NCBI GenBank assembly: GCA_035378985.1
Contig: DAOSUR010000012.1
Location: 34,848 to 98,847, forward strand
Length of the DNA: 64,000 nt
Direction: 5' to 3'
Source: Anaerohalosphaeraceae bacterium
GTDB lineage: Bacteria; Planctomycetota; Phycisphaerae; Sedimentisphaerales; Anaerohalosphaeraceae
Shown: piece by piece, positions 45,584 to 53,483 of the stretch
Layout: every line of letters starts with the position of its first letter
How positions within the stretch are numbered: position 1 is the first letter of the stretch
The notes under the pieces: generated by a model
Told to the model about the DNA's origin: nothing
The model's input: the letters and a program-made list of their open reading frames with translations, nothing else
Databases searched by the model: none
Program-made: the position numbers and the translations under genes

Positions 45584-45680
45584 GACAGGAACTTCGCAGG
45601 AATGAGAAATTCGCCGGAATGATAAAAGGTTTTGTTAGATTCTAAAAGGCTAACCGAAGAAAACTTGAATGGTGAGAAAG

Positions 45681-45746
45681 AAAAAAAGCGGGGGCCAATA
45701 AGAACAGAGACTTCTAACCTTCTGTTCCGGGGTCGGTGGCCCCCGC
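45681..45746 (-). terminator. large structured intrinsic terminator (10-bp GC stem enclosing an inner hairpin, followed by U7)
   Basis: Stem GCGGGGGCCA/TGGCCCCCGC (45688-45697 and 45737-45746). Inner stem GAACAGA/TCTGTTC. On the minus strand it is followed by TTTTTTT. Confidence 0.6.
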
Positions 45747-45973
45747 ATAGAACGCCCCAGCAATTTTTTCTGATTTGATTTTACCATTTCCAAAACCCGC
45801 ATTCAATCAGAATCTTTATTGATAAGAGCACCACAAAAGCAACACCGAAAAGAATCAAAGGTTCCCTTTTGTTTTACCGGCGGAGGCCGCTGCCTTTGAA
45901 CCGCTGACCAAATCCGAATCATCCCGAGCTTCATATCTTCTTACCCCCATTGCAGGATTCATCATCTATGATA
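45681..45973 (-). ncRNA. candidate orphan transcript (~290 nt): an sRNA or a small-protein mRNA
   Basis: Bounded by a near-consensus promoter (45980-46008) and the strong terminator. No ORF of 60 aa or more. It contains a 43-aa ORF (45803..45934), an overlapping 25-aa hydrophobic ORF with a TTG start (45781..45858), and a 35-aa ORF starting ATGATG near the 5' end. Confidence 0.3.
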
Positions 45974-45979
45974 AGCGTG

Positions 45980-46008
45980 ATTATATCCGGAGCGGCCTTG
46001 TATTTCAA
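45980..46008 (-). promoter_or_regulatory. near-consensus sigma70 promoter TTGAAA-N17-TATAAT
   Basis: On the minus strand the -35 is at 46008..46003 and the -10 at 45985..45980, with an AT-rich UP-like region upstream. Confidence 0.5.
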
Positions 46009-46203
46009 GAAGTTTTTAAGATATTGTAAAGTTTTTTCATTTCTGGCACAAAATCGCTTAATATTTCATTAAAACACGAAATTTATCGGACATTTCATCG
46101 GGCAGGAATTGATTTTTTTGAATTCTTTTTTAAGGGCCGAATACGGCTTTTCTCTTTTCCGAAAAACGCATTGCCGCTATGTTCAGGAAGCCGGAGGTTT
46201 TTC

Positions 46204-48516
46204 GTGCTGAAACGGATGCAAATCAAACTGGAAGGGGTTGTGCAGGGGGTGGGGGCACGGCCGTTCTTTTACCGCCAAGCCAAACAGCTGGGGCTGACGG
46301 GGTTTGTCCTGAACGACCGGGCGGGAATCACGCTGGAGGTTCAGGGGCCGCCGGAGAAGCTCGAAACCCTGCTTGGCTGGCTGGAGAATCCTTCTTTGTG
46401 TCCCGATTGGCCGCCTCTGATGCAGCTCGAAAGCACGCAGATTGCTCCCCTGGCCCCGGTTGAGACGGAGGCGGATTTTCTGATTCTGCCCAGCCGCACG
46501 GAGGGGACGCCGCAGTGTCAAATCACACCGGATACGGCGGTGTGCTCCCAGTGCCTTCAGGAACTGTTCAACCCGTCGGATTTCCGCTATCGCTATCCGT
46601 TTATCACCTGCACCCAGTGCGGACCCCGTTATACACTGATTAAAGAGGTCCCGTATGACCGTCCGCAGACGACGATGGACCGCTTTGCGATGTGCCCGCG
46701 CTGCCGGAGCCAGTACGAGGATATGACGGACCGTCGGTTTCACGCCCAGCCGGTCGCCTGTGCGGCTTGCGGGCCGTCGCTGGAGCTGACCGACAGCCGA
46801 GGGCAGATACTCTGCCGCGAATCGGATGCGGCGATTCGGCAGGCGGCGGACATTCTCCGCAGCGGCGGGATTGTCGCCGTCAAAGGCATCGGCGGGTTTC
46901 ACCTGGCGGTCGATGCGTCCAATGAAGATGCCGTCCGGCGGCTGCGGCAGCGAAAACGCCGTCAGGCCAAGCCCTTTGCGGTAATGGTGCGTTCGCTCCA
47001 AGAGGCCCGGCTCTGCGCCCAAATCAGCGGCCAGGCCGCCCGGCTCCTGAGCAGCCCGCAGGCGCCGATTGTGCTGCTGCCCAAACAAAATCCAAACCCG
47101 CTGGCACCGTCGATTGCGGCAGGGACGAATACCTTCGGGCTGATGCTGCCGTATGCACCGGTGCATCATCTTTTATTTGCGGAGGAGGGGATTCGCCGGC
47201 TGGTGATGACCAGCGCCAACTTCAGCGAAGAGCCGCTGCTTTACGAAAATCAGCAGGCCCTGACGGAGCTGGCAGAGGTCGCGGATGCCTTTCTGCTGCA
47301 CAATCGTGATATTTTTCGGCCCATTGATGATTCAGTGCTGCACTGGGTGGACGGCGGGCCGGCTTTTCTGCGGCGGGCCCGCGGCTATGTGCCGACGCCG
47401 CTGCGGCGGATTCGTCCGGCGAAAGCGGAAATCTTCGCCGCCGGTGCGGACTTGAAGAATACCTTCTGCTTTGTCAAGGGCAACCAGTATCTGCTCAGTG
47501 AACACATCGGCGATTTGGCGGAGGGCAAGTCGTATCGGCACTACCTCCGGGCGGTTCAGCAGCTGCAGTCGCTCTTTGAGGCGGAGCCGAAGGTCGTCGT
47601 CTGCGACCTGCATCCGGGGTATCTGTCATCTCAGTTCGCCCGCTCGCTGGCGGCGGAGCGGTTCTTTGCGGTGCAGCATCACTGGGCGCACATCGCCTCT
47701 GTGCTGGCGGAATATCAGCTGGAGATTGACGAGCGGGTCATCGGGCTGGCCGCCGACGGCACGGGCTACGGCACGGACGGCGCGGTCTGGGGGTGCGAGT
47801 GCCTGATTGCCTCGCAGATTCAGTTCGAGCGGTTCGCCCACGCGGCTTATTTCCCGCTGGCGGGCGGGGATGCGGCGGCACGTCAGGCCGTTCGGCCGCT
47901 GCTGGGGCTGCTGGGACCGCAGATTCCGCCCCAATTTGACCCCATCTTAGAGCGGCTGGAGCCGGACCGGAAAAAACTGGACATGCTGGCCGCACAGATT
48001 CAAAAAGGAGTTCAAGCCGTGCCGACGTCCAGTCTGGGCCGACTGTTTGATGCAGCGGCGGCCTTGGTCGGCTTGGGGACAGTAAATACCTTTGAGGCCC
48101 AGCTGCCGATGGCCCTGGAGGCAGCCGCCGACCCAACGGAAACAGGCGTTTATACCGTTCAGTTCGACAGCACGCCCGAGCCGCCGCTGATATGGAATCC
48201 GAAGCCGATATTTCTCGAAATGGCAGAGGATGCGGCGAGGGGAAAGCCTGTTTCGATTTTGGCCGCTCGATTTCACAACACCGTCGCCGCCGCCCTGCTC
48301 CAGACAGCCCGAAAGGCACGCGAGCAGACAGGACTGCAAACAATCGCACTCAGCGGCGGGGTGTTCTGCAATCGTTTTTTGGCCGAGCGGCTCATTCAAT
48401 CCCTGAAACGTGACGGGTTTTGTGTACTCTGGAAGCGTAAAGTTCCCGCCAATGACGGCGGAATCGCCCTCGGCCAGGCCGCCATCGCGGCGGCGATAAT
48501 CGAATCCGAATCCTGA
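46204..48516 (+). CDS. hypF: [NiFe]-hydrogenase maturation carbamoyltransferase HypF
   Basis: GTG at 46204, 6 nt after GGAGG (an alternative ATG is at 46216). Acylphosphatase domain (VQGVGARPFF), two Zn-finger pairs (CSQC...CTQCGPRY and CPRC...CAACGP), and YrdC-like plus Kae1-like domains. Confidence 0.92.
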   Translation: MLKRMQIKLEGVVQGVGARPFFYRQAKQLGLTGFVLNDRAGITLEVQGPPEKLETLLGWLENPSLCPDWPPLMQLESTQIAPLAPVETEADFLILPSRTEGTPQCQITPDTAVCSQCLQELFNPSDFRYRYPFITCTQCGPRYTLIKEVPYDRPQTTMDRFAMCPRCRSQYEDMTDRRFHAQPVACAACGPSLELTDSRGQILCRESDAAIRQAADILRSGGIVAVKGIGGFHLAVDASNEDAVRRLRQRKRRQAKPFAVMVRSLQEARLCAQISGQAARLLSSPQAPIVLLPKQNPNPLAPSIAAGTNTFGLMLPYAPVHHLLFAEEGIRRLVMTSANFSEEPLLYENQQALTELAEVADAFLLHNRDIFRPIDDSVLHWVDGGPAFLRRARGYVPTPLRRIRPAKAEIFAAGADLKNTFCFVKGNQYLLSEHIGDLAEGKSYRHYLRAVQQLQSLFEAEPKVVVCDLHPGYLSSQFARSLAAERFFAVQHHWAHIASVLAEYQLEIDERVIGLAADGTGYGTDGAVWGCECLIASQIQFERFAHAAYFPLAGGDAAARQAVRPLLGLLGPQIPPQFDPILERLEPDRKKLDMLAAQIQKGVQAVPTSSLGRLFDAAAALVGLGTVNTFEAQLPMALEAAADPTETGVYTVQFDSTPEPPLIWNPKPIFLEMAEDAARGKPVSILAARFHNTVAAALLQTARKAREQTGLQTIALSGGVFCNRFLAERLIQSLKRDGFCVLWKRKVPANDGGIALGQAAIAAAIIESES

Positions 48517-48559
48517 CGGCTTTCACTTTCCCGCCGGTCCTGCCTGACTGCAGCCAATC

Positions 48560-51500
48560 TTATTTTCCCGCCAGCCAGTGTTGAGCCAGGATCCCGAAAT
48601 CATCCAGGTCCACGTCGCAGTCTCCGTCGAGATCGCCCAGATAGAGCCAGGCAAGCTCATACGCTCCTCGATCCGCCAGGACGGAACCGCTGCAGTCGCC
48701 GTCGGCAAAGCGGCTGCGGCCGTCCAGAGTGAAGGGAACCGGCTCATTGACATCGCCGTCTTTGTCCAAATCCCTCGTATCCGCCGCCGTTTGAACACTG
48801 CTGCCGGTATCCATACAGGGTGACCCTTTGGCCAGGTACAGGTCGCCGTAATCATCGTTGGAATTGCCCCATCCGTCGCCGCCGTCATTGGGGTTTCGGG
48901 TAAACAGCGGGTTGTCATCAATATTGTCATTGGCGGTCCCGCCGTAGGGAACGCTGCCGTCATCCGGGTCGGCATCCTGAATGCAGCTGTAGAGGACAGT
49001 GGGCACAGTGGTCGGGTCATCGTAAATCTGGGCATTTTTCACGATACCGCTGCTGTCCTGATTGCCCCAGAAGATGCAATTGGCAATGGTTACATCTTTC
49101 TGGGCGGCTGCAGTCGAATAATTGTACATTCCGCCGCCGAAATGCCCGGCGACATTGTCGGCAAATGTGCAGTTGCGGTAGGCCATATTGCTGTCATAGT
49201 TCCAGACCGCACCGCCGTTTCCGCTGCCTGCATTGGCGGCCCGATTCCCCACAAACAGGCAGTTGGTAACCTGCCCGCTGCCGCCCTGATTGCGGAACGC
49301 TCCGCCATAATAGGTTGTGACCCGATTGCCCAGGAAAGTACAGTTAATCAAATCGATTATACTGGAAATGTTGAAAACGGCCCCACCGGATTCTTCGGCA
49401 GCGTTTCGGATAAACCGGCAGCCAATCACAATGGCGGTGCTGCCGTCGGTATTGTCCAGCGCCGCCCCAACGACCCCCGCCGTATTCTCAAGAAACAGAC
49501 AATCCTGAACCCATATCTGGCTGCCGGACCCGTAATTCCACATCGCCCCGCCGTAGTTAGCATAATTTTCTGTGAAGATGCAGTTTTCGTATCGTGCAGT
49601 GCTGGTATGATTGCTTGCGCCTCCGCCGTAATAGTCTGCGTGATTGCTGCGGAACAAACAATTGCGGATTGTCGGGCTGCCGGAGTTGTTGAGGATGCCG
49701 GCTCCGCTGTTTTCAGCATAACCGAGCGTGATAGTGAACCCATCGAGGACGACAGTTGAATCGACTCCGCTTCCGGTCACAACACGCCGGCTGTTATCGG
49801 TATTTACGCCGACTGTGCCGATATCTCCGCTTAAAATCGTTTCATGCGCCCGGACATCCCGATCGGACCAGCGATTGGTGCCGCCGGCGGGAAAGCCGCC
49901 GTAGATTTCAACACCGGAAATCAGCTGAAACGTCGCATTGCGATTGCCGGTACCGGAAGGATTTGCTGTGTTCCGATCCGGCTTATAGACGCCCTCGGCA
50001 ACCAGAATCCGGTCGCCGCTGACCGCAACGGCCAGGGCGTCCTGCAGGTAATTGAAGGCATCCGTCCAGTTGGCCCCGTTGTTGCGGCCGGATGCCCCGG
50101 CATCCACAAAATAAAGGTTGCCGGTTCCGCCGAACGGCACAAAATGAATGCCCCATCTGTTGCCGCATATCGAGGCGCCGTCCACAGAGGTCCCCGTGGT
50201 GACGGTCCGTTCGCTGAAAGAGTAATCGGGATTGGGGACACTGACTGTATAAGCGGAAGCGGAAGGAAGATTGGCGATGGCGTAGATTCCCCGACCGTCG
50301 GTGACGGCCTGGTACAGTTCGCCGGTGCTTTTGCGGGCTGTCACGGTTTGTCCGGCCAGGGGGATGCCGTAGGCATCCATTACACGGCCGCTGATAATCT
50401 CTCCGCTCTGAGCAATGAAGACATTAAAGACCGTCTCGAAAACCGACGTATATCCGGCGGGCATATCCGCATAGAAATTATACCAGGCATCTTCCAGCCC
50501 CTCCCACCCCATATTGATGTGGTGATACATCGTCCCCAAATGATATCCATATCCATCCACGACTACCGCATGCTCCGGCTTGGTTCCCTGAAGCCCTACA
50601 ATGACCGGATGTGCATAATCCAGATTGGGATTGAGCATAACCACCAGTGCCGACAGGGTCGGATTTTTTCCCCAAATCGAATTCAGATAGCAGAACTGAT
50701 TGACCAGAGACTGATCAGCCGTGCTTAAAAAAGCATAGGAACCTCCCGCTGTATAGCTCATATTCACCGAGATGCCTGCATCAAATGTCAGAGCCCCGAT
50801 GGCCTGGCGCTCCGCCAGAGAGGTTGAGCAATCGGGCTGATAGACCATCAGGTTCCATTGATACGGTCCGCCCGCCCCATCACCGCCGCGAATCGGTACA
50901 TTCAGCACAGGCAAACCGTCCACTGTAATGTTGTACGTTGTCCCGGCAACCGGATTGGCCGGATAGGAATGATACCGCATCAGCTGGGCCATCGCCGTCG
51001 CCACACAGCCGCATGGATAATTCGTCGGGTCACCGTCCGGCTTAACGGGCGGAAGAGGCGGTGTATAGTAATTATAACAGGCCAGCGCAGGGCTGCTGCA
51101 GCAGGTGGTTTGCCCCCACCGAGACTGCACAAGAATGTCCACGCGCGGCTCCGAAATGCCCGGCTGTCCGCTGAGCACGCCGATTCCCTGTTCGGCAGCA
51201 GCCCCCGCCTCGAGCAGACGAGTCCACTGCGCCTGTGCCTCGACAATTCCGCGGTGCGTTTGATGCTCCGGACGACGAATCGTTCTGACACGCTCCGCAA
51301 AATCAAACTGCAGGAACGCCGCAAGAGGACAACCACTCGAGGACGAGAACGTTCCGGTCTGAGCAAACGCGACAACAGGAGACAGCCCATCATCCCCCGA
51401 AACAATCAGAAAGCCGCTCGGCTCCAGCTGAATCACATGATACAGCGGTTGTCCATCGGTATCGGCAACCGTTTGGACAGTCTGGATATGCCGGCTGAGT

Positions 51501-51652
51501 GGCATCCCCAGCGGGTGCGGCTCCGCCGAAAGCCAGCCTGAGGCACACTGCCGGGCCTGATAGACGGAGGTCGGCACACCAAAGACAGGGAGAATCAGGA
51601 CAAAAGGAACAATTCCGCACAAAACAAAAACACGGCTCGTTCTCATACCCAC
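48560..51652 (-). CDS. secreted C10 (streptopain-like) cysteine peptidase fused to a CarboxypepD_reg-like domain, parallel beta-helix repeats and a C-terminal dockerin-like module
   Basis: 1030 aa with a signal peptide. C10 catalytic blocks CGCVATAMAQLMRYHSYP, EHAVVVDGYGY and HINMGWEG. Many PbH1-type repeats (NCxF..N.A..GGA). C-terminus LGDLDGDCDVDLDDFGILAQHWLAGK. AAGAGGAGG SD. Confidence 0.85.
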   Translation of the reverse strand: MGMRTSRVFVLCGIVPFVLILPVFGVPTSVYQARQCASGWLSAEPHPLGMPLSRHIQTVQTVADTDGQPLYHVIQLEPSGFLIVSGDDGLSPVVAFAQTGTFSSSSGCPLAAFLQFDFAERVRTIRRPEHQTHRGIVEAQAQWTRLLEAGAAAEQGIGVLSGQPGISEPRVDILVQSRWGQTTCCSSPALACYNYYTPPLPPVKPDGDPTNYPCGCVATAMAQLMRYHSYPANPVAGTTYNITVDGLPVLNVPIRGGDGAGGPYQWNLMVYQPDCSTSLAERQAIGALTFDAGISVNMSYTAGGSYAFLSTADQSLVNQFCYLNSIWGKNPTLSALVVMLNPNLDYAHPVIVGLQGTKPEHAVVVDGYGYHLGTMYHHINMGWEGLEDAWYNFYADMPAGYTSVFETVFNVFIAQSGEIISGRVMDAYGIPLAGQTVTARKSTGELYQAVTDGRGIYAIANLPSASAYTVSVPNPDYSFSERTVTTGTSVDGASICGNRWGIHFVPFGGTGNLYFVDAGASGRNNGANWTDAFNYLQDALAVAVSGDRILVAEGVYKPDRNTANPSGTGNRNATFQLISGVEIYGGFPAGGTNRWSDRDVRAHETILSGDIGTVGVNTDNSRRVVTGSGVDSTVVLDGFTITLGYAENSGAGILNNSGSPTIRNCLFRSNHADYYGGGASNHTSTARYENCIFTENYANYGGAMWNYGSGSQIWVQDCLFLENTAGVVGAALDNTDGSTAIVIGCRFIRNAAEESGGAVFNISSIIDLINCTFLGNRVTTYYGGAFRNQGGSGQVTNCLFVGNRAANAGSGNGGAVWNYDSNMAYRNCTFADNVAGHFGGGMYNYSTAAAQKDVTIANCIFWGNQDSSGIVKNAQIYDDPTTVPTVLYSCIQDADPDDGSVPYGGTANDNIDDNPLFTRNPNDGGDGWGNSNDDYGDLYLAKGSPCMDTGSSVQTAADTRDLDKDGDVNEPVPFTLDGRSRFADGDCSGSVLADRGAYELAWLYLGDLDGDCDVDLDDFGILAQHWLAGK

Positions 51653-51967
51653 AACCTCCTCTTAAAAAAAATGTTCCTTAAAAGAACAGATGAAATCAAA
51701 AAGACAGATGCGTGAAAAGAACCACAGAAGGCCCGGCGAGGATGTTTGTTTCTCCTTGAATACCATCCATAATCCTATAATAAGCGATTGGCTTTGTCAA
51801 GAAAATTTTTGTCTTCATTCCTCAGCCCAACCGACCCCTCTCCGGACGCACCCGACGTCTGCCCTTCTGTTTTTTAATTTCTCGTTTGAATAAAAGGATT
51901 TAGAGCGTATATACTCTGTCGAGAATCCAAAAACAGCACTACAATCTGCTGCAAGAGATAAGAATAT

Positions 51968-52225
51968 ATGTGTTTAGCCGTACCGGCCAGAATCGTTGAG
52001 ATGGAAGGCGACCGGGCCGTCGTGGATGCGATGGGCACACGCTGGGCAATCCGCACCACACTGACGCCGGAGGTGGGATTGGGCGACATCGTCCTGGTTC
52101 ACGCCGGCTATGCCATTACCAAGGTGGAAGAAGAAGAGGCCCGCAAGACCTGGGAGCTTTTTGAAGAAATCGCCCGTCTGCAGGAGCAGGAGCAGCAGGC
52201 CCGTCCGCCGGAGAGCTCCCAATGA
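51968..52225 (+). CDS. hypC: hydrogenase assembly chaperone HypC/HupF
   Basis: 85 aa with the invariant N-terminus MCLAVPARIVE. Confidence 0.9.
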   Translation: MCLAVPARIVEMEGDRAVVDAMGTRWAIRTTLTPEVGLGDIVLVHAGYAITKVEEEEARKTWELFEEIARLQEQEQQARPPESSQ

Positions 52226-53286
52226 ATCCGTCCATTGAACTGCTCAGAAATCGGCTGACGGAGGCCGTTGAGAAAATCGGCAGACCCATTCAGATTATGG
52301 AGGTCTGCGGCACGCATACCGTTGCGCTCTTTCGTTACGGCATCCGCTCGCTTCTGCCGGAGGGAATTCGTCTGCTTTCCGGACCGGGCTGTCCGGTCTG
52401 CGTGACGGACCAGGGCACAATTGACACGCTTCTGGAGTTGGCGCAGCGCTCCGATACCCTCATCACCACCTACGGGGATATGATTCGCGTCCCCGGCAGC
52501 CGCACTTCGCTGGAAAAACTTCATCGTCCGAATGTGCGCATCGTCCTGAGCACGGATGATGCCCTGGATGCCGCCCGAAAAAACCCGAACAAAACCGTCG
52601 TATTCGCCGCCGTCGGTTTTGAAACAACGGCACCGGCTACGGCCGTCGCTCTGCAGCAGGCGCTGGCGGAGGGAATCCGCAATTTCACGATTCTTTGTGC
52701 ACACAAACTCGTCATCCCCGCTATGAAGGCACTCCTCGAAGGACGCAACGACAAAATCGATGCGTTTTTGTGTCCCGGGCATGTGAGCGTCATCATCGGC
52801 TCGGATGCGTATCGGCCCATTGCAGAAACGTATCATCGGCCCTGCGCAGTAGCGGGCTTTGAACCAATGCAGATTCTCGAAGGCATTGCCCGAATCTGCG
52901 AACAAATCTGCTCCGGCCGTGCCTGCGTGGAGTCGGTGTATCATGCGGCCGTGCGCCCCGCCGGAAATGAAATCGCCCGGAAGCTGCTGGAGGAGTTTTT
53001 TGAACCGTGGGACGGGCCCTGGCGGGGACTGGGCCGCATCCCGGGCGGCACGCTTCGACTAAGGAAAGAATATGAACAATTTGATGCCGTGAAAAGACTG
53101 GACATAACCCCTCTGGATTCCCCGGAACCAGCCGGATGCCTGTGCGGCCGGGTTTTGTGCGGTCTGGTTGAGCCGCCTTCCTGTCCGCTGTTCGGCAAGA
53201 CCTGCAGCCCGGATCATCCCATAGGCCCCTGTATGGTTTCAACGGAAGGGGCCTGTTCGGCCTGGCATAAATACCGGGGCCGATAA
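52222..53286 (+). CDS. hypD: hydrogenase formation protein HypD
   Basis: 354 aa. Motifs MEVCGTHT, GPGCPVCVT and FLCPGHVS. ATGA overlap with hypC. Confidence 0.92.
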   Translation: MNPSIELLRNRLTEAVEKIGRPIQIMEVCGTHTVALFRYGIRSLLPEGIRLLSGPGCPVCVTDQGTIDTLLELAQRSDTLITTYGDMIRVPGSRTSLEKLHRPNVRIVLSTDDALDAARKNPNKTVVFAAVGFETTAPATAVALQQALAEGIRNFTILCAHKLVIPAMKALLEGRNDKIDAFLCPGHVSVIIGSDAYRPIAETYHRPCAVAGFEPMQILEGIARICEQICSGRACVESVYHAAVRPAGNEIARKLLEEFFEPWDGPWRGLGRIPGGTLRLRKEYEQFDAVKRLDITPLDSPEPAGCLCGRVLCGLVEPPSCPLFGKTCSPDHPIGPCMVSTEGACSAWHKYRGR

Positions 53287-53483
53287 AAAACGCTCTTTTT
53301 CATTTTTCAGCAGCCACCCCTGAAACACCTCTCTCTTTTTTCGGATTTTATCGGACGATTTTTTCTCTGCCGCCCCTGCTCCTTTTGACCGCCTCCGCAA
53401 CATTTCGTACTTTTTAGAAGGAAAGACAAATCCGACTTTGGGGGCGAAAAACTTGACAGCGTTTTGAACAGTCGAGAACAAAA

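Noticed and set aside
45301-45605. ORFs 45301..45546 and 45402..45605 (81 and 67 aa).
   Set aside because: They are read across the REP-like hairpins and the CACGGAT repeat. The motifs NHGWTRIG and PAFAGVTG are known artefacts of translating such intergenic repeats.
45688-45746. Possible tRNA or tmRNA fragment, suggested by a GC-rich acceptor-like stem with an internal hairpin.
   Set aside because: It is only about 59 nt, with no D or T arm and no GTTCRANYC T-loop. It is followed by a U7 tract on the minus strand, so it behaves as a terminator.
51672-51688. Palindrome TGTTC-N7-GAACA just upstream of the SD of the C10 protease gene, considered as a LexA-type or other operator.
   Set aside because: It is a single occurrence. 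Its inverted orientation differs from the direct-repeat candidate box at lexA. It sits in an A-rich region where short palindromes arise by chance. I have no basis to assign a regulator.
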